A stretch of DNA of 64,000 nucleotides from Eledone cirrhosa (lineage: Eukaryota). Both the position numbers and the translations under genes were made by a program. The stretch lies in assembly GCA_964016885.1 (NCBI GenBank), contig OZ024762.1:3844001-3908000 (forward strand), read 5' to 3'. This document shows positions 13,647-26,256 of this stretch, piece by piece (position 1 is the stretch's first letter; the number at the start of each line of letters is the position of its first letter). The notes under the pieces were generated by a model. That model was given only the letters and a program-made list of their open reading frames with translations, searched no databases and was not told where the DNA came from.

Positions 13647-13703
<57 letters not shown>

Positions 13704-13817
13704 GTATATATGTATATGTATATATGTATATGAATATATATATATATATATGTATATATGTATATATATATATACATATATATATATACATATATATATG
13801 TATATATATATATACAT

Positions 13818-13859
<42 letters not shown>

Positions 13860-13952
13860 CTGTGTGTGTATATATATGTGTGTATATGTATATATATATA
13901 TGTATATATATATATATTTATTATTGTATGTATATATATAGTATAAGTATAA

Positions 13953-13993
<41 letters not shown>

Positions 13994-14003
13994 TATAAGT
14001 ATA

Positions 14004-14045
<42 letters not shown>

Positions 14046-14105
14046 TATATACATGTATATGTATATATATTAGTATATACATGTATATGTATGTATATGT
14101 ATATA
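13636..14105. repeat. (CA)n/(TA)n microsatellite
   Basis: Direct. Confidence 0.95.
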
Positions 14106-14156
14106 AACAGACCTATTATATTAAATCTTTGTTGTTTTTTTTTCAATAAACAAATA

Positions 14157-14292
14157 TCATTATTTCTGAAGACAGCATATATATGTGTAGGTATGTATAT
14201 ATCCTCTGATAGTTTGTAAAACTTTTACATAGATCTATATGATATACATACCAACACACACATATATCCTAGAAACGATCGTAAAATGATGA
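14157..14292 (+). ncRNA. Type I hammerhead ribozyme candidate with long stem II
   Basis: tcattattt-CTGAAGA(14166-72)...GAAAcgatcGTA(14272-83)-aaatgatga; 9-bp stem I; palindromic stem III; stem II pairs atatatgtgt/acacatatat and gtatgtatat/atatacatac. Confidence 0.7.
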
Positions 14293-14556
14293 AATTTTTA
14301 ATATAAGGAGCTGTTTCTTTGTTTTTATTCATTGTTTTTATTAATTTATCTTGATTCTGTTTACCTGGGATTTTCATCGAAAAAAAGTTTTGAATGCATC
14401 TCTTTTCATGATATTTGGATTACATCGAGTTCTTCACACGGATTGGACACTACCGTATATTTTGGTAGATTTATCTACACATATATATATATATAAGTAT
14501 ATACATGTATATGTATATATATATATATATATATTAGTATATACATGTATATGTAT

Positions 14557-14604
<48 letters not shown>

Positions 14605-14861
14605 ATGTGGGGGGGGGGGGTATATATGTGCATGTATATACACACATTAGACATGTTATATGACGTCATGAATAACGTCACTCTCAAAAATATAATTTTA
14701 AAATATTTGAATCTTTATGAAAGTAAAATAGTAAGTAGGTAGAGAAGTGTCGTAGCTGTCCATAGCCAAGGGGGAGTTTCTGAGTCTGCAGACGATCATC
14801 AAGGTTCGTTCTTATACCTTTCATCTTTCCTCTAATTATTCCAACATTAGATAGTCAAAAG

Positions 14862-15410
14862 CATCACCATCACCATCATCATCTTACGACCATCACCACC
14901 ATCACCATCATCATCTTACGACCATCACCACCATCACCATCATCATCTTACGACCATCACCACCATCACCATCATCTTACGACCATCACCATCACCATCA
15001 TCGTCTTACGACCATCACCACCAGCATCATCGTCTTACGACCATCACCATCATCGTCTTACGACCATCACCATCATCGTCTTACGACCATCACCATCATC
15101 GTCTTACGACCACCACCATCACCACCACCATCATCGTCTTACGACCACCACCATCATCATCATCGTCTTCCGACCATCACCACCACCATCATTGTCATCG
15201 TCTTACGACCACCACCATCACCATCGTCGTCTTACGACCATCACCATCACCATCATCGTCTTACGACCACCACCACCACCATCATCGTCTTACGACCATC
15301 ACTATTACCATGACCATCATCATCTCACGATTGTCGCTATCATCATCATCATCACCATCATCACCATCATCACCATCATCATCACCATCATCACCATCAT
15401 CATCATCACG

Positions 15411-15447
<37 letters not shown>

Positions 15448-15449
15448 CC

Positions 15450-15481
<32 letters not shown>

Positions 15482-15525
15482 CGTTACCATCATCATCATC
15501 ATCATCATCGTTACCATCATCATCA
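14862..15525. repeat. (CAT/CAC)n-based minisatellite and microsatellite
   Basis: catcgtcttacgac anchors in CAT/CAC runs. Confidence 0.9.
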
Positions 15526-15584
15526 GTATATATTGCTGGCCTTGTGCCAAAAGTAGAAATAATTGTTATTCTTGTATCAACCTT

Positions 15585-15812
15585 TTCTTACGCGGCCAAA
15601 CCCCACTTTGTACCGTCCTGTACCGTCCTGTACCGTCCTGTACCGTCCTGTACCGTCCTGTATCGTCCTGTACCGTCCTGTACCGTCCTGTACCGTCCTG
15701 TACCGTCCTGTACCGTCCTGTATCGTCCTGTACCGTCCTGTACCGTCCTGTACCGTCCTGTACCGTCCTGTACCGTTTTTCTTCATGGTAGCCCTTGTGG
15801 CCAATAAAGAAA
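15585..15812 (+). mobile_element. 3' UTR of an L1/Tx1-like LINE with an expanded decamer (gtaccgtcct)n
   Basis: Matches the 3' ends at 24600-24683 and 25645-25738 (ccttgtggccaataaagaaa). Confidence 0.75.
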
Positions 15813-16302
15813 CAATTCTTATCCCGCCGAGGTTGACTTTGCCTTTCATCCTTACAGGGTCGATAAAATAAAGTACCAGTAATGCACTGGGATAATTGCT
15901 GGCCTTGTGCCTAAAGTAGAAACAATTATTATTATTATTGTTGAATAAAGAAATTATTATTATTATTGTTACTGTAAATAATTGTTTCTACTTTTTGACA
16001 CAAGGCCAGCAATTACCCAGTGCATTACTGGTACTTTATACAGTTTTTATCATCAATACATTTTTCAAACAGTTTGGCTATTTAGTCACGAAAAGGTTAA
16101 TAAAGTATATTTCAAAGTTAAATTTTGTATATTTACATCGATTTTGATTATATCGATCTTGCTTGTTTCTTAATTTACTCCGCCCAGACAATCCATAGTT
16201 CTAAAAATCATATTACCTTCCTATAGTTTGGTATGGTCCCGTAACTCCTGATGGAATCAAATTATCAAGTGGGTCAGTCGCTCCGGTTTACATAGGTTAA
16301 AG

Positions 16303-17006
16303 CAAGGGTGTGCAACAGGCGGCCCGCGGGCCACAATCTGGCCCACCAGACCAGTCAGTGTGGCCTGCGATGACCGTTTTTAATTTTTACCTTGTAGGCT
16401 TATTTAGATTTTATTTCGTAACCGTAATACAATTTTCTGTTAGTTGACCTCTACTAAAGGGCTTCACTGATAGGGTTATGTGTGTTATAATTCCCCAGTT
16501 GACCTATACTAAAGGGCTTCACTGACAGGGTTATGTGTGTTATAATTCCCCAGTTGACCTATACTAAAGGGCTTCACTGATAGGGTTATGTGTGTTATAA
16601 TTTCCTCGTTGACCTATACTAAAGGGCTTCACTGATAGGGTTATGTGTGTTATAATTTCCTCGTTGACCTATACTAAAGGGCTTCACTGATAGGGTTATG
16701 TGTGTTATAATTTCCTAGTTGACCTATACTAAAGGGCTTCACTGATAGGGATAGGTGTGTTATAATTTCCTAGTTGACCTATAGTAAAGGGCTTCACTGA
16801 TAGGGTTATGTGTGTTATAATTTCCTAGTTGACCTATACTAAAGGGCTTCACTGATAGGGTTATGTGTGTTATAATTTCCCAGTTCCATGTTATGGACAG
16901 AAGTTGTGGTGAATCTTTGGAATAGTGCTTAATAAATATCAATGGCCCTAATAGTTGTTCCAATGTTGAAAAGTGGCCCACCAATGGAATATGTTGCACA
17001 CCCCTG
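16303..17006. mobile_element. hAT-like MITE containing a 55 bp minisatellite (16441-16885, about 8 copies)
   Basis: TIRs caagggtgtgcaac / gttgcacacccctg; gcggcccgcgggcc subterminal motif; 8-bp TSD not evident. Confidence 0.75.
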
Positions 17007-17726
17007 TAATAGAATTAGTCTGAATAATTTACCGATTCTGCAAATCCACCGAAAGTATTAAAAACATATAACTTTTTTTTTTTTTTTTTAAATCAATTTG
17101 GCTCTCCGTCGGTTACGACGAGTGTTCCAGTTGATACGATCAACGAACCAGTTTTCTCGTGAAATGGCTGAGCATTCCACAGACCCTTAGTGTAGTTTTC
17201 AGGGCGATTTAGCGTGACACAATGTGACAAGGCCTGGTCCTTCGAATTACAGGTACAACTCAGTTTTCTTAGCTGAGTGGTTTCACTGGAGTAATGTGAA
17301 ATAAAGTGTCTTGCTCAAAGACACAATGCTCCGCAAGGAATCGAGCTTATGACTTTACGATCGTAAGCCGAATACTCTTACCACTTAGCTACGCACCTCC
17401 CTAACCGCAATCTACATCACGGAACATGTATTTCTGAAAAAGTTAATAATGAAAAGATAATTATGGACAGTTAATTAAGGCAACATATGTTTTATTCCAA
17501 GCGTAATGTGAAAATTAAGTCAAGCGTCACAAGTGTAGTTATGTCTACTTTTATAGGGCAGAGGATTTACAGGCGGTGGTGTGTAGAAGGGGGTGGCATT
17601 GTCTAGACGAATTAGGGCGGTGGGTTGGCAGTATCAGTGGAGCGTTGGACAGCATGCTTCGTGGCATACAGTTTTCCCCTCCCCCAAAAATTGCTGGCAA
17701 ATTGTGCTTACACGTAGCAACAATTA

Positions 17727-19460
17727 CACCGTGTAACATATTTTTTGTTCTCCGGTTCTAAGTGTCATTTCCTGGTTTGTTATATCCCATTATTATAAAA
17801 AAAACACTATTATTTAATCAGAAGTTTGGGTTTGTAGTCAGGAGTTTGATATTTCGAAATTTTCATATTTTTCAAGAAAAAACACATTCTTTTAAATTTA
17901 TCAGTTCATATAATTAAATCAACAGAGTATATATTTATTTTATTACACAAGCTTATCAAAAGCAAAACTTATAAAGCAACTTATACACGTCAGAAATGAC
18001 TGGATTTCCTGGATTTGCGGTTGTAGTCCAGGTTGCATTCCCGCACTAGCCCCCAGATATAGTCCCCCATCATTTTTTTCATTGTAGTGGCCCTGGTACC
18101 TCCGCTCTATCTCTTTCACATCTTGGTGGAATCGTTCGCCTTGTTCTTCTGAGTAGGCGCCCATATTGTCCTTGAATTTTTCCAGGTGAGCGTCCAGCAT
18201 ATGGAGTTTAAGCGACATCCTGCATCCCATGGCGCCAAAAGCCTTTATCAGATCCTGCACCAGTTGCTGGTAGTTTTCAGCTCTGTAGTTGCACAGGAAG
18301 CCCTTAACAACTGCCTTGAAACAGTTCCATGCTGTTCTCTCAATCCTATTGAGCTTATTGGAGAACTCGGTAGACTCAAACACCTTCTTTATCTGAGGTC
18401 CAACAAAAATTCCACCTTTGATTTTGGCCTCAGATAGCTTGGGGAAGAACTCAAGAGGGTACTTAAAAGCGGCTGATTCTTGGTTGAGAGCCTTCATAAA
18501 CTGCTTCATCAACCCCAACTTAATGTGTAGTGGCGGCATGAGCACAATCCTAGGATCAACTAGTGGCTCCCACATGACATTCCGGGTCCCAACTACAAAT
18601 TCTGTTCGCTGCTCCCAGTTCTTTCTTTTGTAGTGGTCAGAGGTGGCTCTGCTGTCCCAAAGGCAGAGGAAGCATTGGAATTTGATAAAGCCTCCTTGGA
18701 GTCCAAGCAGGAAAACCACCATCTTGAAGTCTCCAATGATTTCCCAATTGTACTGGTTGTATTGCAGAGCTTCCAAGAGGACTTTCACACTGTAGTAATC
18801 TTCCTTCAGGCAGACTGAATGAGCTAGGGGCAATGACGGAACTTGTTTCCATTTTGGAGGAGGACAGCCTTCAAACTTGTGGTGGAGCTGTCTATAAATA
18901 GCCGCCACTCCTTGGGTACAAACGGTACCCCAATAATGTCAAACAGTCCAGGCACGTCATTGCAGAAGCAGAGGCCATCCCTAAGAGTGTAAAAGCCTGA
19001 GAAAGGTTCGTGTCGACTTCTCTGACTTGTCACCTGCACTTCCTCCTTGACCAAGTTCCACTGCTTCATCCTGGAGACGAATGCTTAAAACACAACTTAC
19101 CCTTTATTCAGGGTGCGAAAATCCAGTATCAATAAATCTCTTTAATCCACTTTTTAACAATTTTATACTTTATTGCACTTTTATAATTTCCTTTAGGTAT
19201 TACTCTTTATTTTATAATTTTAATTTAACCTGAAACATTTATAAAAAAATCATTTAACATAAGCAAATTAAACTTACATACAACGTAAAATCCAGCATAC
19301 AAATAATTCTAGTGAATAGCTTAGAATTTTTACAAACACCAAACTTTTAACTGTTTAATAGCACTCTTTTTTTTTTTTTTATTTATTTGGGACCTAAGCA
19401 ACACAAAAAAGTGATTACAAGCCAGGAACAGAGAAACATTTTTTTTTTTTTTACACGGTG
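17727..19460 (-). mobile_element. Chapaev3-like (CMC superfamily) DNA transposon, internally deleted
   Basis: TIRs CACCGTGTAA / TTACACGGTG; TWA flanks (tta / taa); contains the transposase remnant. Confidence 0.75.
17990..19080 (-). pseudogene. Chapaev-type transposase, frameshifted and N-terminally truncated
   Basis: WRLFIDSS, GDFKMV, CFLCLWDSR, PPLHIKLGLMKQF, MSLKLHML, SEEQGERFHQD across ORFs 18824-19069 and 17943-18908. Confidence 0.8.
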
Positions 19461-19719
19461 TAATTATACACGTATGTATCTGTGTGAATAACATGAGTTC
19501 TGTTCACTTTCCTGACATTTCTACATTATTCTAAGAGTTCAAATCCCGCCGAGGTTAACTTTGCTTTTAATCCTTACGGGGTCGATAAAATAAAATACCA
19601 GTAATGCACTGGGATAATTGCTGACCTTGTGTCAAAAGTAGAAACAATTATTCTATGTTTGATGAGTTATAGTGCACCTGAGCACTGTACACAATAATTT
19701 TCATTATTATTATTTAGGG

Positions 19720-19945
19720 AAGGGCAGTGGGATGGCAGTATTGGTAGAGCGTCGGACAACATGCTTCGCGGCATAGAGTTACGGCCCTTTACGTTCTGAG
19801 TTCAAATCCGCCGATGTCATCTTTGCTTTTCATCTTTACGGGGTCGATAAAATAAAGTACCAGTAATACAGTGGGGCGATTTAATCGACCCCCCTCCACC
19901 CCCTACCTACGAAAAAAAAAATGGTTGGCCTTGTCCCTAAAATCA
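19720..19945 (+). mobile_element. Family B SINE (partial copy also at about 19533-19650)
   Basis: Similarity to 12964-13150. Confidence 0.8.
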
Positions 19946-20152
19946 TTATATAGACAAGTTACAGGAGTGGCATAAGACAAATAACAGGGACGGAAGGCGG
20001 CAGGAGGGGTCATTATACAAGCGAATCAAAGATGTGATGGCGGGGAAGGGGCGTGCATTACGCAGATGAATTTCAAAACTGGAAGCTTTACATTGAGTGT
20101 GATAGGCAACGAAGGTCTGGTAAATATATTGTATGTGTGTGTTGTGAAAAGA

Positions 20153-20672
20153 GGCACATCAACTAAGGACGTCCGTGAGCCCCTTAAAACCTTCCTACTA
20201 CCCAGGCACATCAACTAAGGACGTCCGTGAGCCCCTTAAAACCTTCCTACTACCCAGGCACATCAACCAAGGACGTCCGTGAGCCCCTTAAAACCTTCCT
20301 ACTACCCAGGCACATCAACCAAGGACGTCCGTGAGCCCCTTAAAACCTTCCTACTACCCAGGCACATCAACCAAGGACGTCCGTGAGCCCCTTAAAACCT
20401 TCCTACTACCCAGGCACATCAACCAAGGACGTCCGTGAGCCCCTTAAAACCTTCCTACTACCCAGGCACATCAACCAAGGACGTCCGTGAGCCCCTTAAA
20501 ACCTTCCTACTACCCAGGCACATCAACCAAGGACGTCCGTGAGCCCCTTAAAACCTTCCTACTACCCAGGCACATCAACCAAGGACGTCCGTGAGCCCCT
20601 TAAAACCTTCCTACTACCCAGGCACATCAACCAAGGACGTCCGTGAGCCTCTTAAAACCTACCTACTACCCA
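20153..20672. repeat. 52 bp minisatellite, about 10 near-identical copies
   Basis: Unit ggcacatcaaccaaggacgtccgtgagccccttaaaaccttcctactaccca. Confidence 0.95.
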
Positions 20673-20808
20673 GATTAACAATGGCAATTACACTCTCCAA
20701 GTTATGGTATTAGGCTACAGCTGCGTATTTACAGAAGACCCCTTCAGTCTTTCTTCGTCCATCTTTAGAAAAACCAAAACTAGAATAATCATTGACCATA
20801 TATATATA

Positions 20809-20956
20809 CCGTATTTCCCGGCGTCGAAGACGCTATTTGTTCCTAAATTAAGTCTCAAAAATGTAGCATGCGTTCAGGAGGCCTTTTCAAATTTTTGGTT
20901 GTCAAAATGAGGGTGCGTCCTCGAGGACGAAGCGTCTTCGGTGCCGGGAAATACGG
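20809..20956. mobile_element. pogo/Tigger-like MITE (148 bp)
   Basis: TA TSD; TIRs ccgtatttcccggc / gccgggaaatacgg, extending to gaagacgc / gcgtcttc. Confidence 0.85.
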
Positions 20957-21009
20957 TAGTTGAATATAAGCCGAGGAATATGTGACCAAACAATTGGTTT
21001 GTGATTTAG

Positions 21010-21210
21010 ACACAAGGCCGACAATTTGGGGGAGGGAAAGTCGATTAAATCTACCCCAGTGCGTTACTGGTACTTTATTTTATCAACCCCGTAAGGATGA
21101 AAGGCAAAGTTAACTTCGGCAGGATTTGAACTCAGAACGTAAAGGACCGTAACTCTATGCCGCAAAGCATATAGTCCGATACTCTAACGATTCTCCCAAT
21201 CCACCGCCCT
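21010..21210 (-). mobile_element. Family B SINE
   Basis: Reverse complement of family B. Confidence 0.8.
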
Positions 21211-21277
21211 AATGTGACCAAACAATTGATGGTAAAATGAGGGCGGGTGTGGCTTATATTAGAGATCAATATTTTGA

Positions 21278-21395
21278 CGAAGCTAGCTGATGAACAATGT
21301 GGTTTTCACCCTGTATGCAGCACAGCCGACCAAATATTCACACTGCGGCAGGTATTCGAGAAATCGTGGGAGTATTGCCAAGAAGTATAATCTTG
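21278..21395 (+). pseudogene. RTE-type RT fragment
   Basis: LADEQCGFHPVCSTADQIFTLRQVFEKSWEY. Confidence 0.7.
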
Positions 21396-21424
21396 TTTTG
21401 TCAAAATATTAAAACTTCATAATA

Positions 21425-21720
21425 CGCCTCTAACTTAGTCGCTTCGGCCACAAACCCCGGCATCGCAGCCCGCCTCGCAGAAGAACGTAAAATAAACAAA
21501 TTCCGGGGTTTGTCCGACCGCTTCCTCTTCGCACTGGTCACTGTCGAGACCTCAAGCATACTTGGATCCCGTACTGCCGAGCTCCGCCACAAGATCCGAG
21601 TGTTGGCGGCCCGTCTGAGGCGGGAGGGAGCCCCACGAGGTTGGGTAGCTGTTGCAGTGGGTGTCACTGGCCATCGTCCGGGGGAATGCTTTTGCCGTCT
21701 TGTCAGTGGGGCGCAGCACT
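21425..21720 (+). pseudogene. CRE-like non-LTR retrotransposon restriction-like endonuclease fragment
   Basis: SATNPGIAARLAEERKINKF...VETSSILG; second frame LLQWVSLAIVRGNAFAVL. Confidence 0.7.
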
Positions 21721-22980
21721 TCAGCCTTCTTGCCCTAGGACCAAAGCCCAATCACCCTCTGCCTTCACTCCTCCCCTCTCTTCTGTGACACCAGAGCTCT
21801 TGCCACCCCCTCCCCTTCCCGATCCTTTCCTTCTTTCTTTTTTTCTTCTATATTTCCCTATTCTTTCTTTCCCTTTGCTTCCCCTTCTTTTTCATTATTT
21901 CTATATTGAAAATAAATATATATTTTATACTCATAAGAACTTTAAAACTACACCATCTAAACAATGTGTTGATTAGCTTTGGATTTTTGCCCATCTCTCA
22001 GACATAAAATAGGAGGAAGGAGCGGCTTATATTCGAATCGGAGTATATTCGAGTTTATGTGGAGAACACAATTTAATGTAATTTTAAATATTTACTTACA
22101 CACACCATCCATATCACCCCCCCCCAACACACACACACACACACATCGCCAATCTCAACATCCCACACACATTTCCTCGTATTTGGTACATATCATACCT
22201 CCTTGTTTTCTTTTTCTTTTCTCACTTTCAACTTCCTCTCCCCAATATTTCAATATCACCACTCTATTTTTGCACTACCTTTACAGTTTTTTAGTTTACT
22301 GTAGATCCACCTATGTGGAACCTTACACAAACAGTTTTTTAGTTTACTGTAGATCCACCTATGTGGAACCTTACACAAACACAGTTTTTCAGTTTACTGT
22401 AGATCCACCTTACACAAACACAGTTTTTTAATTTACTGTAGATCCACCTTACACAAACACATTGCTCACTTATCTTCTTTCTTTTCATATTTATTATTAT
22501 TTACTGTCATCTCTTAACAGACATCGTTGCAGGTACACTGGCAGGAGAAAGACATTTTTGGAAGAAGACAGCAATAGTTTTGTTCATCTTTTTTTTTAAA
22601 TATTCAGAAACAACAACAGCCACGACAAAACTATCAATGATAATTTAATCTCCCCCTTGAAAAAACTGATCAAAACCAAAACAAAAACACCAAAAGCGAG
22701 CAATTCAGTTATTGTTAGCTGAACAGCCACCATTCCTCCATACTTGTCATAACTTCTTGTTTCTACTTGAATTCAGAATCTATCAACCCAGACGTTTCTC
22801 GCTCTCATCTTATTTACTTGTTATTGTGTTTTATCACAAACAATTGGAAGGCCATCGTTTCAAATCTCTACGTTTTCTTTATTCTATTATTTAACTTTTC
22901 TTGGCCCGTTATTTACTATTTAATTTTCTTTCATTTATATTTATTTGTTTTATTGTTCGGTTTTGTAACTGGTCGGAGCA

Positions 22981-23505
22981 ATGGCTCAAGCTGTCGCCAC
23001 AGCTTCAAAATTTAACAAACCTAGGCCATTAAAAGCCCTCAGAGACAACCACGTATCCATGAATAGCTCGTTTGCTTATATATCCGCATCTGATTATGAT
23101 ATTCGGAAAGCTCGGCAGCAAAGCGGCCATCAGCTACAAACACTGAAAAACAAGAGAGCACCCTGGCTGGATAAAAGACACTCACTGGATGATTTTTCTA
23201 AAATTTCACTAACCAACAGCAAATCTGATCCCGTCAAAGGTCGTTTTGTGCATTTACCGAAGAAAAAAGCAAAAGAAGGAGATATTAAAAGCTTAACTCC
23301 TAAGTTTCAGGACATTCGAATTTCCACTCCACGACTCCATAGTTCGCTTGCTTCTCGTAACACACCACGGACCTGGTTTAAGAGGGCGACCAACAAAAAA
23401 AGAAACCGAGTTACATGTAACAATGTCGTCTGCGTTATTAAACCAGTTACTATGAAGAACAATAAAGAGGAAATGGAGATTTATTATGAAAAATTAAAAG
23501 GCTGA
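22981..23505 (+). CDS. Hypothetical basic 174-aa protein, probably a single coding exon
   Basis: Non-repetitive ATG-TGA ORF, Kozak-like gcaATGG, candidate acceptor ctcttaacag at 22520, AATAAA downstream; no family recognised. Confidence 0.55.
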   Translation: MAQAVATASKFNKPRPLKALRDNHVSMNSSFAYISASDYDIRKARQQSGHQLQTLKNKRAPWLDKRHSLDDFSKISLTNSKSDPVKGRFVHLPKKKAKEGDIKSLTPKFQDIRISTPRLHSSLASRNTPRTWFKRATNKKRNRVTCNNVVCVIKPVTMKNNKEEMEIYYEKLKG

Positions 23506-23780
23506 CAACGATGGTAATGTTGGTTTTTTTTTTACCAACTAACACATCCACGTTTGTGTTTTCGTTACCATCACTAGCATTAACAACAAAAACAGTAATA
23601 ATAATAAAGTTTAACATCATCATTATGATGATGATAATGATGATGTGACAGATTTGGAATAATATTTCCGAATAATATTTCCGACATCTTCATTTTTACA
23701 ATATTAAGACAAAACACTATAACTATCAAATATTTTATACTTAATAAAAAATAGTTATTTTTATTATTGTCGTTATTATT

Positions 23781-24683
23781 AGGCGTTCTATAGAGGACTA
23801 GTGGAAAGGAAGAGCGACGACGTTCTCGGAGAGATCCTGGGCGTCGAAGAATATCAGCTGTTTGCTCTCTTCCGGAGAACTTTCAGCCCAGGGCCTATGG
23901 ATAACTTCCAAAAATCCCTTGCCTGGCAGTGCTACCGGGAGCGCTGCCAGTTCGAGATAAGCTCTACAGGCACGGAAGTGCTGTCAACCAAGCCTGTTCG
24001 AGATGCGCGCAGAGCGACGAAACCATCGTGCACGCACTCGTTCAGTGCCCGAGCATTGCTGACTTGTGGAGCTATGTCGAACAGTTGCTGTCGCGTGTAG
24101 GACTGATCCGGTTATCGACTGAGTCCATTGTGCAGATGGTCTCGCCGTCTTCCTTCGAGGAGGAAGGGCAGGCGGTTTTCATCTGCCTGGTGGCCATGGC
24201 GAAAGAGATTGTGTGGTGGACAAGGTTGAAAGGGTTAATGACAGACACTTTCCTCTTCGGCGAATCCCTAATTAACTTTTTCAAGTTTCACTTGAAGAGG
24301 AAAATCAGGGTGGAGAGGCAAGTGCTGCCTTCTAGCAAGTTTGTTGAAAAGTGGGTGAATGTAGCGAGAATGGTCCGAGTGAACGGGACCGCTCTGAATA
24401 TACGTCTGTAGTTTGAGAGAGGGCGCTTGCCCTGGTGGTCAGGGTGGCCGTGGTCTTTTGTGTGGTTTTCGCCACGAGTAACCCTCGGAGGTTTCCCCCC
24501 TATTGGGGAATTTTTCATTGTTTCAATTTTCATTTTTATTGTTTATATATATGTTTCTATGTCTTTTTTTCTTTTCTTATATAAATAATAAAAATATTTA
24601 CACGCACAAAACCCATATCGTACCGTCCTGTACCGTCCGTAATGTTTTTCTTGATGTCAGCCCTTGTGGCCAATAAAGAAATC
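23781..24683 (+). mobile_element. L1/Tx1-like LINE 3' fragment (zf-RVT C-terminus), copy 1
   Basis: ALPVRDKLYRHG...CSRC...ETIVHALVQCP; 3' UTR, AATAAA, (ATT)n tail. Confidence 0.8.
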
Positions 24684-24685
24684 AC

Positions 24686-24719
<34 letters not shown>

Positions 24720-24721
24720 TC

Positions 24722-25738
24722 CCCAGCTTGTTTCCTTGACGGAGCTGCAGTCCTGGGTCAAGCGAAGACCGAGAGGGAGCGCCTGGAGACTGGAATGTCT
24801 TCAGGCGCTCACAGCCCTCGACCAATCGGGCAATGTGATCGGTGGAAACTCCACCTCGGCGTTCTATAGAGGATTAGTGGAGGGGAAGAGCGACGACGTA
24901 CTTGGGGAAACTCTAGGCGTCGACGAAAATCAACTAGCCAATCTCTTCGGAAGAACTTTCGGGCCGGGGCCTATGGACAACTTCCAGAAATCTCTGGCCT
25001 GGCAGTGCTACCGAGGAGCCTTGCCAGTTCGGGATAAACTCTACAGGCATGGAGGTGCCGTCAGCCGGGCATGTCCGAGATGCGCGCAGGGCGACGAAAC
25101 CGTCCTGCACGCACTCGTCCAGTGTCCGAAAATTGCTGACTTGTGGGTTGATGTCGAACACCTGCTGTCGCGTTTAGGACGAATCCAGCTATCATCTGAG
25201 TCTATCGTGAGGATTGCCCCGCCCTCCTCCTTTAGCCGGGAAGGGCAGGCAGTTTTTATCTGTCTGGTGGCCATGGCGAAAGAGATAGTATGGTGGACAC
25301 GTTTGAAAGGGCTGAAGACGAGCACTTACCTCTTCGGTGATGCTCTGATTGACTTTTTCAAATTTCATTTGAAAAGGAAAATCAGAGTAGAGAAGGAAGT
25401 GCTCTCTTCCCAGCATTTTGTTGAAAGATGGGTGAGAGAAGCAAGAATGGCCCGAGTGAATGGGCCGACTCTGAGGATATATCTGTAAACTAAAGGTGGA
25501 AAACTGGGAGAGGGCACTTGCCTTGGTGGTCAGGGTCATTGTGGCTTTTTACTGGGCTTTCTCCACAAATGTCCCTCCGAAGTCTCCCCCCTATTGGGGA
25601 ATTTTTTCATTGTTATTTTTGTTACATCCTCTGTTTTTGTTTTTTACACGCAGAAATGCCCATTTGTACCGTCCTGCATTGTCCTGCACTGTCCTTAATG
25701 TCTACTTTATGTAAACCCTTGTGGTTAATAAAGAAATC
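24722..25738 (+). mobile_element. L1/Tx1-like LINE 3' fragment, copy 2 (ORF open to 25488)
   Basis: Same peptide as copy 1, diverged; (ATT)n tail. Confidence 0.8.
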
Positions 25739-25789
25739 ATTATTATTATTATTATTATTATTATCATTATTATTATTATTATTATTCTT

Positions 25790-26085
25790 TGAGTCTCAGT
25801 CATTGATGTTATTTAACTGGAAAGTTTCTTGAAATGAATATCAAGCCACTACCTGCAGCCTCAGATATTCAGGACGTATCGGAGGGTTCTTGCTGTTCCC
25901 AGCAAGCATGCCTTTTGAAGTGTTCCAAAAAGCGGGGCTAGACTAATTTTCTTAACCATCCTTGGAAACTCTTTGAGATAGTACCTAGTGCGCCTATGAC
26001 AATCGGGACCACTCTGACTTCATGGCAGTTCCAAATCCTTTTTACCTCCCACTTTAAGTCCTGGTATCGGTTAATTTTCTCTTGC
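25790..26085 (-). pseudogene. R4/Dong-like LINE 3' end (RLE domain)
   Basis: EKINRYQDLKWEVKRIW...VVPIVIGALG...LQKACLLGTARTLR. Confidence 0.75.
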
Positions 26086-26256
26086 ATTAGGGAGAGCTTT
26101 CCCGACGACGTGGTGGACCCCTAATGTAAAGGCCACGAGTAGGCTCCTAAAGGGGTTTCCAATGGAAACCTCACCAACCATAGAGGTTAAACCACCCGAC
26201 CTCCACAACACTCCGGGAGGTAAGTAAACCTTTCCTCCCTCTTTTAGCCTGCCAGC

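Noticed and set aside
20153-20672. CRISPR-like regular repeat
   Set aside because: Head-to-tail near-identical units with no unique spacers, no cas genes, eukaryotic context; the same applies to 16441-16885 and 57243-58148
24664-25488. 274-aa ORF as a host gene
   Set aside because: C-terminus of a 5'-truncated LINE ORF2; the apparent signal peptide is (ATT)n
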